Program-made: the position numbers and the translations under genes
Shown: in pieces, positions 8,746 through 18,175 of the stretch
Layout: the number at the start of each line of letters is the position of its first letter
Numbering within the stretch: position 1 is the stretch's first letter
The notes under the pieces: model-generated
Database searches by the model: none
What the model saw: the letters and a program-made list of their open reading frames with translations, nothing else
Told to the model about the DNA's origin: nothing
Assembly: GCA_041623475.1 (NCBI GenBank)
Contig: JBFJWU010000001.1
Span: 1,781 to 65,780, forward strand
DNA: 64,000 bases
Source of the DNA: a bacterium
Lineage (GTDB): Bacteria; J088
Reading direction: 5' to 3'

Positions 8746-9804
8746 ATGGATCTCAATAAACCCAAGCTGGAAACCGGAACCGTACTGGTTGTTGACGACA
8801 GCCCTGATTCACGTTCATTGATGCGGCGGTATCTGGAATTGGACGGGCACACGGTTGAAGAAGCTGTCGACGGGCTGGATGCCCTGCAGAAGATGTCCTA
8901 TCTGCGAGCCGATGTGATCCTGATGGATGTCGATATGCCAAAAATGGACGGCGCACGTGCACTGCGTCAGATCAAGGATAACGATGCGCTCCGGACTGTT
9001 CCGGTCATCATGATGTCAGCCCACGAGTCCCGTGAAATCGCGCTGGAATGCATTCAGTTTGGTGCAGACGACTACCTGGACAAGCCGGTATCCCGCTCTG
9101 TGCTGGAGGCCCGTTTGCAGAATTGCCTGCGACGCAAACGAATGATCGATCGACTGGACCGCAAGCTTGTTTCGGCGAATCGCGACCACGCCCGCGCCCG
9201 CGAAGTCCTGCAGGCGATCCTGCCGCCGCGGATTGTTGAAGAGGTACTGTCGATTGGACACGTTCCGCCCCGCAGTCACGACGAAGTTGCTGTGATGTTT
9301 TGCGATGTGGTTGGCTTTACGTCGTTCTGCAATCGCAACGATGCCGAAACTGTCGTTGCAAACCTGCAACAACTTACCGCATTGTTCGATTCAGTTGCGC
9401 AACGGCACGGTGTCGAAAAAATAAAATCAATGGGCGATGCATTTCTTGGCGCCGCAAACCTGCTGCAACCCGCTCCGGATCCGGTCCTGAATTGCGTCCG
9501 CTGCAGCATCGATATGCTTCGCGAAAGTGCTGGACTTCGACATCCGTGGCACCTGCGAATCGGGATTGCACTGGGTCCACTGGTGTCCGGGATCCTTGGC
9601 GATCGAAAATTCCTGTTTGATATCTGGGGTGACACCGTCAACCTCGCCCAAAGGATTGAATCGTCCGCCAATCAGGATTCAATTTGCGTCAGTGAACTGG
9701 CCTGGTTGAGCCTGAATGGCAACTGCCGGGGACGATCCAGGGGATCCGTTTCGTTAAAAGGTGTCGGTGAGGTGCAGGTTTTCCAGATCGACGGACTGGT
9801 CTGA
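8746..9804 (+). CDS. Response regulator fused to a class III adenylate/guanylate cyclase domain
   Basis: REC: VLVVDDSPDSRSL...ILMDVDMPKMDG...VIMMSAH. Cyclase homology domain: VMFCDVVGFTSF....KSMGDAFLG....GIALGPLVSGILG...FDIWGDTVNLAQRIES. ATG at 8746. Confidence 0.85.
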   Translation: MDLNKPKLETGTVLVVDDSPDSRSLMRRYLELDGHTVEEAVDGLDALQKMSYLRADVILMDVDMPKMDGARALRQIKDNDALRTVPVIMMSAHESREIALECIQFGADDYLDKPVSRSVLEARLQNCLRRKRMIDRLDRKLVSANRDHARAREVLQAILPPRIVEEVLSIGHVPPRSHDEVAVMFCDVVGFTSFCNRNDAETVVANLQQLTALFDSVAQRHGVEKIKSMGDAFLGAANLLQPAPDPVLNCVRCSIDMLRESAGLRHPWHLRIGIALGPLVSGILGDRKFLFDIWGDTVNLAQRIESSANQDSICVSELAWLSLNGNCRGRSRGSVSLKGVGEVQVFQIDGLV

Positions 9805-9812
9805 GGTCTGGC

Positions 9813-11162
9813 TCAGTCCTGGCGCATTTTCCGATACAACGTCGAACGATCGACCCCCATCCGTCCAGCGGCGACCTGACGCTTGCCGCCACAATCGTCG
9901 ATAATGCGTTCAATATGGCGCTGTTCAAACAACTGGACAGCGTCCGCCAGGTTATCCGGATAATCAACCACATTTGCAGAATCGGCATTTGCGGTGGAGC
10001 CGATTTCGAAAGGCAGGTCTTCACGTTCGATTAAATCTGAACGTGCAAAGATCAATGCGCGTTCGATGACGTTTCTCAATTCCCGGACATTTCCAGGCCA
10101 CGCGTGGGCAACCAGCGCTGCCATCGCGTTATCCGAGATTCCCGATGTGCTCGAATTGGTTTCATGATGGAGCAATTGGAAAAAATGTCGGGCCAGGACA
10201 GGAATATCGCCGATTCGATCCCGTAACGGCGGCAGCGACAACTGCACCACGTTCAGTCGATAAAACAGATCCTCCCGGAACCGCCCCTGGCCAACCATCT
10301 GCTGCAAGTCCTGGTGTGTTGCGGCAACGACACGCACGTCAATCTGGCGACTGGCAGTTGCCCCCAGCCGCTGGATATTGCGTTCTTCGAGAACACGCAA
10401 CAACTTTGCCTGGACGGCAAGCGGCATGTCACCGATTTCGTCCAGAAACAGGGTCCCGCCGTCGGCCAGTTCGATTAACCCCTGTTTCGCCTCGGCTGCG
10501 CTTGTAAACGCACCTTTTTCGTAACCAAACAATTCGGACTCGATCAGGTCATCCGGCAAAGCTGCACAATTAATGGCAACAAACGGACCATCCGCGCGAT
10601 CACTGACGTCGTGGATCGTTCTGGCCAGGACTTCCTTGCCCGTACCGGTTTCACCAAGAACCAGGATCGAGGTACCGGTCGGGGCCACCCTGGCAACCAG
10701 TTCCCGAACCTCTTCCATGGCCGAAGAATCGCCAATCAACCCAGTCGTTGATCCCAGGCGACTGACCTCACGGCGCAGCGCCGAGATTTCCCGACGATTG
10801 CGAGCCTCGCTGCCAAGACGGTCGAGTCTCTTGTTAAACTCGTCCTGGTCGACGGGCTTCGTAATATAGTCGATCGCTCCCAGGCGCATTGCCTCGACAG
10901 CTCGATCAACCGAATCTTCGGCCGTAATCATGATTGTCGCAATCTCGGGCGCTGTTTCGGTGATCCAGGACAACACGTCCAAGCCGGATTCGTCAGGCAG
11001 GTTCAGGTCGAGGACAACGACATCGGGAACAGATTCGGCCAATATCCTGCGGGCTTGTGCGCCGGATTCGGCGTGTTGGACGAGAAAATCCAGACGGGTC
11101 ATCCATCCGGATACCAGCGAACGAAAATCAGGATCGTCTTCGACAATAATACCGGTGCGCAC
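9813..11162 (-). CDS. NtrC-family sigma-54-dependent response regulator (REC-AAA+-HTH)
   Basis: REC at the N-terminus. Walker A GETGTGKE. GAFTSA sigma-54 contact motif (ESELFGYEKGAFTSA). C-terminal Fis-type HTH. Confidence 0.9.
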   Translation of the reverse strand: MRTGIIVEDDPDFRSLVSGWMTRLDFLVQHAESGAQARRILAESVPDVVVLDLNLPDESGLDVLSWITETAPEIATIMITAEDSVDRAVEAMRLGAIDYITKPVDQDEFNKRLDRLGSEARNRREISALRREVSRLGSTTGLIGDSSAMEEVRELVARVAPTGTSILVLGETGTGKEVLARTIHDVSDRADGPFVAINCAALPDDLIESELFGYEKGAFTSAAEAKQGLIELADGGTLFLDEIGDMPLAVQAKLLRVLEERNIQRLGATASRQIDVRVVAATHQDLQQMVGQGRFREDLFYRLNVVQLSLPPLRDRIGDIPVLARHFFQLLHHETNSSTSGISDNAMAALVAHAWPGNVRELRNVIERALIFARSDLIEREDLPFEIGSTANADSANVVDYPDNLADAVQLFEQRHIERIIDDCGGKRQVAAGRMGVDRSTLYRKMRQD

Positions 11163-11286
11163 GGCGTGTTCAGCCCTGTAAGTTGCAAACAGTTTGAGTC
11201 ATGAAAAGCAGACTAGCAGATCTGGGTCCAGCAACAAAAAAGATGTTCGACAGCGCTGCCCGGCTGGGCAGCCTTAACCCTGCGCG

Positions 11287-12486
11287 TCAGATGCGCTCGA
11301 TTTCGAAGTCGTCGCCGCCGCCGCCACCGCCACCGCCAGCATCACCACTGCCATCGTCGCCACCACCATCAAAGTCGCTCCACGCCTCGTCGCTGGTGCC
11401 GCCGACGCCCGATACCCGCAATTTGAAATCGTCCGGATTGGACGATTGGCGCAGGGCCTCCTCGAACGAGATCAGACCCTGTTTGAGCAATTTCATCAAC
11501 GACTGGTCGAATGTCTGCATTCCGTAGGTTGTGTGGCCTTTGGAGATCGCATCGTGGATCTCGCGAGTCCGTTCTGGATCGATGATCAGTTCGCGAATCC
11601 GATGGGTGACCCGCATGATCTCCAACGCCGGGACCCGCCCCTTGCCGTCCGTCGTCGGCACCAGTCGCTGGCTGATGACCGCCCGCAGGATCGAGCCCAG
11701 CTGCAGGCGAACCTGTTTTTGCTGGTATGGCGGAAAGACAGACACGATCCGGTTGATCGTTTCGGTTGCGTCCATTGTGTGCAGGGTACTCATGACCAGA
11801 TGGCCGGTTTCGGCAGCGGTCAACGCCGTTTCAATGGTTTCAAAGTCGCGCATCTCACCGACCAGGATGACATCGGGGTCCTGGCGCAGCGCGCTCTTAA
11901 GTGCCCCGGCAAATGACAACGTATCAACCCCGACCTCACGCTGGTTGACGATTGATCGTTTGTCCCGGATCAGGAACTCGACCGGGTCCTCGACCGTCAT
12001 GATGTGCCGGGTTTTGCGGCTGTTGATGTAATCAATCAACGCCGCCAGCGTCGTCGACTTGCCGGAACCAGTTGTCCCCGTAACCAGAACCAGACCGCGT
12101 TCCTCGTTGCCGATTTTTTCCAGGACCGGCGGCAGGTTCAACGATTCGAAATTCTGGATCGCAAATGGAATGACACGAAAGACAACACCGATTGTCCCGC
12201 GCTGCTGGAAGACGTTGACACGAAAACGCCCGAGCCCCGGAACACCATACGCCAGGTCAATTTCGTGACTGCGCTTGAACTCTTCTTTCTGGGCAGGATT
12301 CATGATGCCCAGGGCCATCTTGGTCACTTCGTCCGGCGTCAGGCGTTTCGCATTCTTGAGGGGCACCAGCGCACCGGTAATACGGAACATCGGCGGCAGG
12401 CCGGCCTTCAGGTGGATGTCACTGGCACCGCCCTTGAGGGCAATCTTCAGGACATTATTGAGGTCCAGTGCACCGCCTTCGCTCAT
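11287..12486 (-). CDS. pilT: Type IV pilus retraction ATPase PilT with an unusual ~50-aa Gly/Asp-rich C-terminal tail
   Basis: [17 protein letters not shown]; Walker [11 protein letters not shown]; [25 protein letters not shown]; AIRNLI-like region. Tail: [26 protein letters not shown]. Confidence 0.9.
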   Translation of the reverse strand: MSEGGALDLNNVLKIALKGGASDIHLKAGLPPMFRITGALVPLKNAKRLTPDEVTKMALGIMNPAQKEEFKRSHEIDLAYGVPGLGRFRVNVFQQRGTIGVVFRVIPFAIQNFESLNLPPVLEKIGNEERGLVLVTGTTGSGKSTTLAALIDYINSRKTRHIMTVEDPVEFLIRDKRSIVNQREVGVDTLSFAGALKSALRQDPDVILVGEMRDFETIETALTAAETGHLVMSTLHTMDATETINRIVSVFPPYQQKQVRLQLGSILRAVISQRLVPTTDGKGRVPALEIMRVTHRIRELIIDPERTREIHDAISKGHTTYGMQTFDQSLMKLLKQGLISFEEALRQSSNPDDFKLRVSGVGGTSDEAWSDFDGGGDDGSGDAGGGGGGGGDDFEIERI

Positions 12487-13535
12487 TTGGCTGCTTCCTT
12501 CTTGGCCGGTTTGCCCTCGGTCACGGGCGCCGGATCAGCGGGTGCCGACATGCCGACGTGTTCACGGACCTTGGCATCGATTTCGCGAATCAAATCGCCG
12601 CCTTCTTCTAATTGCGCGACGACGTTGTCCCGTCCCTGGCCCAGGCGTTCGCCACCATAGCTGTACCAGCTGCCAGACTTTTCAACGATGTCCATTTCGA
12701 CCGCCAGGTCCAGTACATCGCCCGCGTAATTCACGCCGGTGCCATAGAGTATGTCAAATTCGCATGTCTTGAACGGGGGCGCGACCTTGTTCTTGACGAC
12801 CTTGACGCGGGTCCGGTTGCCAGTGACTTCTTCACCGCGTTTCAACGCACCGATACGGCGAATATCCAGGCGAATGCTGGAATAGAACTTGAGCGCGTTG
12901 CCACCTGTTGTCGTTTCCGGACTGCCAAACATGACACCAATTTTCATCCGAATCTGGTTGATAAAGATAATCGTCGATCCCGAGCGGGAAACCGCTGCCG
13001 TCAGCTTGCGCAACGCCTGGCTCATCAAGCGGGCCTGCAGGCCGACATGATGGTCACCCATTTCGCCTTCAATCTCGGCCCGCGGTGTCAACGCGGCAAC
13101 CGAATCAACGACGACCAGGTCAACAACGCCACTGCGCACCAGATGTTCGGTAATTTCCAGCGCTTCTTCGCCGGTATTCGGCTGGCTGACGACCAGGTCT
13201 TCAGTATTGACACCCAGTTTGCGGGCATAAGACACGTCCAGCGCGTGCTCGGCATCGACAAATGCGGCGACACCGTCCATCTTCTGGATCGATGCGACAG
13301 CCTGCAAGGCCAGGGTTGTCTTGCCACTGGACTCGGGTCCATAGATTTCGATCACCCTGCCGCGCGGTAATCCGCCCACGCCCAGGGCAATATCCAGGGA
13401 CAGGCTGCCAGTCGAAATGACGGGGATCTCAGGCAGGGCTTCGGCATCTCCAAGACGCATAATCGCGCCCTTGCCGAACTGTTTTTCGATTGACTGCAGG
13501 GTCAGGTCTAGGGTTTTCTTCTTTTGGTCATCCAC
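12483..13535 (-). CDS. recA: Recombinase RecA
   Basis: Full-length match: [38 protein letters not shown]...[32 protein letters not shown] overlap with pilT downstream. Confidence 0.95.
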   Translation of the reverse strand: MDDQKKKTLDLTLQSIEKQFGKGAIMRLGDAEALPEIPVISTGSLSLDIALGVGGLPRGRVIEIYGPESSGKTTLALQAVASIQKMDGVAAFVDAEHALDVSYARKLGVNTEDLVVSQPNTGEEALEITEHLVRSGVVDLVVVDSVAALTPRAEIEGEMGDHHVGLQARLMSQALRKLTAAVSRSGSTIIFINQIRMKIGVMFGSPETTTGGNALKFYSSIRLDIRRIGALKRGEEVTGNRTRVKVVKNKVAPPFKTCEFDILYGTGVNYAGDVLDLAVEMDIVEKSGSWYSYGGERLGQGRDNVVAQLEEGGDLIREIDAKVREHVGMSAPADPAPVTEGKPAKKEAAK

Positions 13536-13723
13536 CGATTGTATGTCCTGTAATCCGGGGCAACTGGGCCCGTTTACCTGATTCCCAAACGGGAACTGGC
13601 ATCCATTTTAGCAGGCTGCGCGATAAATCCCATGGTTTTGACAAGGGCCGACCCGAACGGCTTGCGCGGTCCGGCAAACGACGACTAACATGGCGCGGTT
13701 GGCTATAGTCGGGGATCTGAATA

Positions 13724-14662
13724 ATGAAAAAAATAGCGATTACCGGGTGCTCGGGATACTACGGGCGGAAACTTGTTGCGGCGTTACGCGCAGCCCAGCC
13801 GGATGTCAGGATCCTGGGCCTGGATATTTCCAAACCGACCGACAATGCGCCGGACGACTTCGTTGAAATAGATGTGCGCAGCGGCGGCCTCCTGGATCCG
13901 GTCAAGGCGTTCAAGCCGGATACCCTGATTCACCTGGCGTTTATCGTCAACCCGATGCACGACGAAGCCCTGATGCATTCAATCAACGTCGACGGCACGC
14001 GCAATCTGCTGGAAGTGGCCGGGCAGGTCAAGCCGAAGCGACTGCTGGTCGCCAGCAGCGCCACTGCGTACGGTGCCTGGCCCGACAACCCGCTGCCGAT
14101 CAAAGAGTCCTGGCCGACCCGGGCTCGACGGGAGTTTCTGTATGCGGCGGACAAGGCAGACCTGGACCACATGGTCGCGGATTTTTCCAGCCGCAACCCC
14201 GGGATCAAGGTCAGCTGGACCCGGCCCTGCATTATTTACGGCCCCGGCGTCGAGAACTACCTGAGCCGCATGATCGTCGGTCAACCGGCCACGATCCTGG
14301 CCGACGGCTACGACCTGCCAATCCAGTTTGTCCACGAGCAGGACGTCGTCGATGCGACAATCCTGATCCTGCAGAAAAATGCCACGGGACCGTTCAATGT
14401 GGCGCCGCCGGACTGGGTTCACATGTCGGATCTGGCCAGGATTATGGGCAAGAAAATCGTCAAACTTCCCTTTGCGGTCATGTATGGACTGGCGTGGACG
14501 ATGTGGAAGCTGAGACTGAAAGATGCCGAAGCCCCGCCCGGCACGCTTTATTTCTTCAAATACCCCTGGGTTATCCGCCCCGAACGCCTGATCGACGAGC
14601 TGGGATATGAATTCAAGTACAGCACCCTCCAGACGTTCCACGCCATGCTGGACAGCCGGTAG
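13724..14662 (+). CDS. NAD-dependent epimerase/dehydratase family (SDR) protein
   Basis: N-terminal Rossmann motif ITGCSGYYGRKL. Extended SDR length of 312 aa. Confidence 0.85.
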   Translation: MKKIAITGCSGYYGRKLVAALRAAQPDVRILGLDISKPTDNAPDDFVEIDVRSGGLLDPVKAFKPDTLIHLAFIVNPMHDEALMHSINVDGTRNLLEVAGQVKPKRLLVASSATAYGAWPDNPLPIKESWPTRARREFLYAADKADLDHMVADFSSRNPGIKVSWTRPCIIYGPGVENYLSRMIVGQPATILADGYDLPIQFVHEQDVVDATILILQKNATGPFNVAPPDWVHMSDLARIMGKKIVKLPFAVMYGLAWTMWKLRLKDAEAPPGTLYFFKYPWVIRPERLIDELGYEFKYSTLQTFHAMLDSR

Positions 14663-14970
14663 CTGCGATCAAAGGACAACCCAACGCAGAGGCACAGAGT
14701 GGAAGAATAGAGAATTCACCACGGGGGACATGGGGAAAAGACAAAGGGATTGCCCGGCACCCGCACCTCAAACACGCCCAATAGAGGCCAGATAAATCCT
14801 CGTTTGGATCCTGCCGAGACGAAAGTTTGAAAATCGGACAAAGACAAGCCCGCCTGTTTGACCGACCGCAGGAAGGGAGTTCGGGATTGGACCGATTTTT
14901 GAGCCTGAAAGCGAGGAGATCTGTTCCGACGCGAGCAGAACGAACAGGAACAGGCGGGGCACCCTTGTTT

Positions 14971-15002
14971 GCCTGCATTATTGGGCGAGCAATAATGCAG
15001 GG
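14971..15002 (+). other. Perfect 13-bp stem-loop (GCCUGCAUUAUUG-GGCGAG-CAAUAAUGCAGGC) inside a 500-nt noncoding, purine-rich region
   Basis: Seen directly in the sequence. No U-tract follows it, so it is not a classic intrinsic terminator. Confidence 0.4.
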
Positions 15003-15159
15003 CTGGCCGCGGCAGTGGGCCTGAAATCCCCCCGGAATCCACCGGCGACACATTTCGGATGATCCCCGGCAACCAACGACTGGCACAGCGCGCCTCGATC
15101 ATGAACAATGACGGTTCCCTGATAATCCGCAATACCCGATTCCCAGAAAAGGCATCCCG

Positions 15160-15930
15160 ATGTCCAATCCTTTCGCCCACGAACACGCCATCATCGAACC
15201 CGCCCTGCGCAGCTACCGCGACAAATTGCTGGGACTGCCGAAACAGGTCGAAGACAAGGGCGGTGATCTGGGTCCGCTAACTGAACTGGATTTGTTCGTT
15301 GACGGCGAACTTTACAAACTGGTGCACGACAAATTCCCGGAAGACGGCTGGATCAGCGAGGAAAGTCCCCGCGAGTCAGGCAACGGTCGCTACTGGATCA
15401 TCGACCCCATCGATGGCACCCGCGAAATTGTCGCCGGTATTCCCGAATGGGTCGTCAGCGTCGGCCTGTGGGAAAACAACCGGCCCCTGTATGGCTGGTT
15501 GTATAACGGGCCCACGGACACAGTCTGGCATGGTGGTCCGGGCATCGGTTGCTGGGCCAATGACCAGGACTGCACGGTGGCCAATGTCGACAACCTGCAG
15601 GATATCGTCTGCGGTGTCAGTCGCACCGATATCAAGAAAGGGCGGGTGCCCGAGACCGACCCGGCCCCGGAACCGATTGGCAGTATCGCCTATAAGCTGG
15701 GGCTGGTTGCTGCTGGCACAATTCACGCCACCGTCAGCGTCACACCCAAGAACATCTGGGACATCGCCGGTGGCATCGCCCTGGTTCTCGGTGCCGGCGG
15801 CACCGTCATCCAGTTCAGTGACGGCAAGCCGATGGACCATATCGAGGATATCAAGGCCCTGCAGGAAGGCGGCCTGGTCGCCTGTCACCCCGACTGGGCC
15901 GAGGAACTGCGAAAACTATACGGCGCCTGA
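15160..15930 (+). CDS. Inositol monophosphatase / CysQ-family phosphatase (IMPase fold)
   Basis: WIIDPIDGTREIVAG metal-binding motif. 256 aa. GG..ALV..G motif near the C-terminus. Confidence 0.85.
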   Translation: MSNPFAHEHAIIEPALRSYRDKLLGLPKQVEDKGGDLGPLTELDLFVDGELYKLVHDKFPEDGWISEESPRESGNGRYWIIDPIDGTREIVAGIPEWVVSVGLWENNRPLYGWLYNGPTDTVWHGGPGIGCWANDQDCTVANVDNLQDIVCGVSRTDIKKGRVPETDPAPEPIGSIAYKLGLVAAGTIHATVSVTPKNIWDIAGGIALVLGAGGTVIQFSDGKPMDHIEDIKALQEGGLVACHPDWAEELRKLYGA

Positions 15931-16020
15931 ACCGGGATTTGTGTACGACAAACCGTCGGGAATCGGAGACAACAAGGAACACACGCCAGCTCCGACAGGC
16001 ACCGCAACAACAGCGGAATA

Positions 16021-16872
16021 TTATTTTTCGAACAGGCTCGTGCCCAGGCCAAAATGCAATCCAGGCCTCCGAACGCCGCTGTACCTGTCGTACCCTGCAG
16101 GTACCCAGGCAGCCAAATCAAAAAAAACTGGTTCCAGTCGATATCTCGCACCAAATTGCAAAACGATCCCAAAATCACGTTCCAGCGTCGATTCATCGTT
16201 GTTTGCGTATTCAAACCCGTTGTTGATAAACCCGTTTTGTAACGAAAAACCGAAATAGCCGAGCAGGCCGTCAACGATTCTGAACGACGGCAGTACGGTA
16301 AGGCGGTATTTGACACTGGTTGCCGTTTCCGATTGTATCTTTCGATACGCTCCCCAACCGCAGCTGCCACAATCCGTATCCCATAGCTGCCAGCGTTCCC
16401 AAGGGATTCGGATGACGATTGTTGACACACCAACACCGACAGTAACGGCCGTATTTTCGCTTGCCCACACGTATGCGAGTGATGGTCCCGCGCCACGAAC
16501 ATTCTTGTTTGGTGCCGGGGGAACCCCAAAGACATTCTCGACACTAAGCTGATTAGGGCCATCCAGGTATTCCAATCCAACGACAATTCTTTCGGAGGCC
16601 GCAACCCGAATCTGGGCGCGAAAATCTGTCTCTACGATCCGCAGTCCGGGGGTTCCCTCGCTGGCAACAATAACCAATTCTTCAATTGGTAACGGATTGT
16701 GGGATACGCCGCCGGATATTTCGACTCTTCGTTCGTTCATCGGTAGCGGTGCTGTATCCGCCCCCGGCTACAAAACCAGAGCAGTGCGCCTGTAGGTTGT
16801 CGCCTCGGCGCATCCAACAAACAGCACCAGTGCCACCAATACTGTCCATTGCCTTTGATTTTTGGCGACCAT
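16021..16872 (-). pseudogene. Outer-membrane beta-barrel protein gene interrupted by an in-frame TAG between the signal peptide and the barrel. Possibly a pseudogene, a sequencing error, or stop-codon readthrough.
   Basis: The minus-strand frame reads MVAKNQRQWTVLVALVLFVGCAEATTYRRTALVL-TAG-PGADTAPLPMNERRVEISGG... continuing into a 239-aa ORF with alternating hydrophobic beta-strand character and a C-terminal aromatic (..SLFEK). GGGAGGG SD precedes the ATG at 16872. The track ORF 16021..16740 lacks any signal peptide. Confidence 0.45.
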
Positions 16873-17263
16873 GCCCTCCCTTGACCTCGGATTCTATATC
16901 TTTGTCGCGACATGACGAAAAGTCAAGAAATTCCGAGTTGCACAGACTTGCCACTGAACTTTAAACTTCTGCGATCTTTAGGGATTAACCCCACGGCTGC
17001 GCACGCCCTGACATACATCAATTTTACGCACCTGCCCCTTGAGCTACGGGGAACTGTTTGAGCGGCAGCGAGTTTTTCCCGTACCGGCCCCGCGAGGCGC
17101 ACTTTTGCGGAGCTTTTGTGCGAGCAAAAGCGACCCGCCGGAGGCGTCTTTGTCCTGTCCCAACAGCGCCACGTCGATTCACCGTCACCCCAATCATGCA
17201 CCCGAACGGATTGAAATCTCCACCCCCGCAGCAAACCCCGCAAAGGTTTGCTAAAACAAGCCC

Positions 17264-18175
17264 ATGCCCGTACTTCTCCTGATCACGATCGGCGCTGCGG
17301 TCGCCTTTGTCTGGCCCGAGACCGTCCTGTGGCTGAAACCGGCGCTCAAACCCGCATTTGCGGTCACGATGTTGTCGGTCGGCACCCTGGTGAAACCGGC
17401 CCAGGTTCGCGAGTTTGCGGCCAGGCCCGCCCGCACATTGTCCGGCCTGTCCGCGCAGTACACAATCATGCCCGTGCTGGCGTGGCTGGTATCCCGGGCA
17501 TTTGCGGACCCGACACTGCAAACCGGCATCATCCTGGTGGGCTGCATGCCGGGGGCGATGGCCAGCAATGTGATGACTGTCCTGTTTCGCGGTGACCTGA
17601 TCCTGAGCGTCGCCATGACGACTGTGGCTACGGTCCTGGCACCGGTCGTCCTGTCGTTCTGGCTGCCCATCCTGGCTGGAACCTCTATTGAGTTACCGGT
17701 GCAATCCCTGACCTGGAGCGCGGCGTGGATGGTCGCCATCCCGGTCGCCATCGGAATCACAATCCGGGCCCGCTGGACACACCCGCCTGACTGGTGGGAC
17801 CGAACCGCAGGCTCGATCGCGTCGGCGGCGATCATCCTGATTGTCCTGGTCGTCGTTGCCGCCAACCAGGAACGCCTGGGCCTGATCGGTCCGGCGCTGG
17901 CGTTGGCAATGCTGGGTCTGAACCTGGGTGGCTACGCCGCCGCCTGGCTGGCTGGCAAATGGCTGGGCTGGCCACCGGCGCAGCGGCGGACCCTGGTGCT
18001 GGAAGTCGGATTGCAAAACGCAGGACTGGGGAGTGTCCTGGCGCTCAGCCACCTGGGCGACGCGGCGGCGATTCCCAGCGCGTTTTATACCTTTCTTTGT
18101 GTCTTGACATCGGCAATGGCACTGCCTGTTGTCAACCGATTCAATCAATCGTCAACGGTGGCCGTCGGGTCATAA
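17264..18175 (+). CDS. Bile acid:sodium symporter (BASS/SBF) family transporter
   Basis: Polytopic membrane protein, 303 aa, with the GCMPGAMASNVMTVLFRGDLILSVAMT signature region typical of the SBF family. Confidence 0.8.
   Translation: MPVLLLITIGAAVAFVWPETVLWLKPALKPAFAVTMLSVGTLVKPAQVREFAARPARTLSGLSAQYTIMPVLAWLVSRAFADPTLQTGIILVGCMPGAMASNVMTVLFRGDLILSVAMTTVATVLAPVVLSFWLPILAGTSIELPVQSLTWSAAWMVAIPVAIGITIRARWTHPPDWWDRTAGSIASAAIILIVLVVVAANQERLGLIGPALALAMLGLNLGGYAAAWLAGKWLGWPPAQRRTLVLEVGLQNAGLGSVLALSHLGDAAAIPSAFYTFLCVLTSAMALPVVNRFNQSSTVAVGS

Noticed and set aside
13536-13723. Canonical LexA/SOS box upstream of recA
   Set aside because: No CTGT-N8-ACAG (gamma) or GAAC-N7-GTTC-type repeat found. 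Only a TTCCC-N4-GGGAA palindrome, reported separately as low-confidence.
14663-15159. Tested whether the noncoding region is tmRNA, RNase P RNA, SRP RNA or a tRNA
   Set aside because: None of the signature elements I know for tmRNA (tRNA-like 3' end CCACCA, tag-peptide ORF ending ...AA-stop), RNase P (P4 helix motifs), 4.5S or tRNA T-loops are present. It is left as an unclassified candidate RNA.
14613-15186. Minus-strand ORFs of 157 and 156 aa in the 14.66-15.16 kb gap
   Set aside because: Cys/Arg/Pro-rich low-complexity translations. They lie on the pyrimidine-rich strand of a purine-skewed noncoding region and have no start context. I treat the region as noncoding.
16682-16964. Two short overlapping ORFs (90 and 92 aa) upstream of the OMP gene
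   Set aside because: They are in other frames. The same DNA is better explained by the OMP signal-peptide segment and its SD sequence, with an in-frame TAG.
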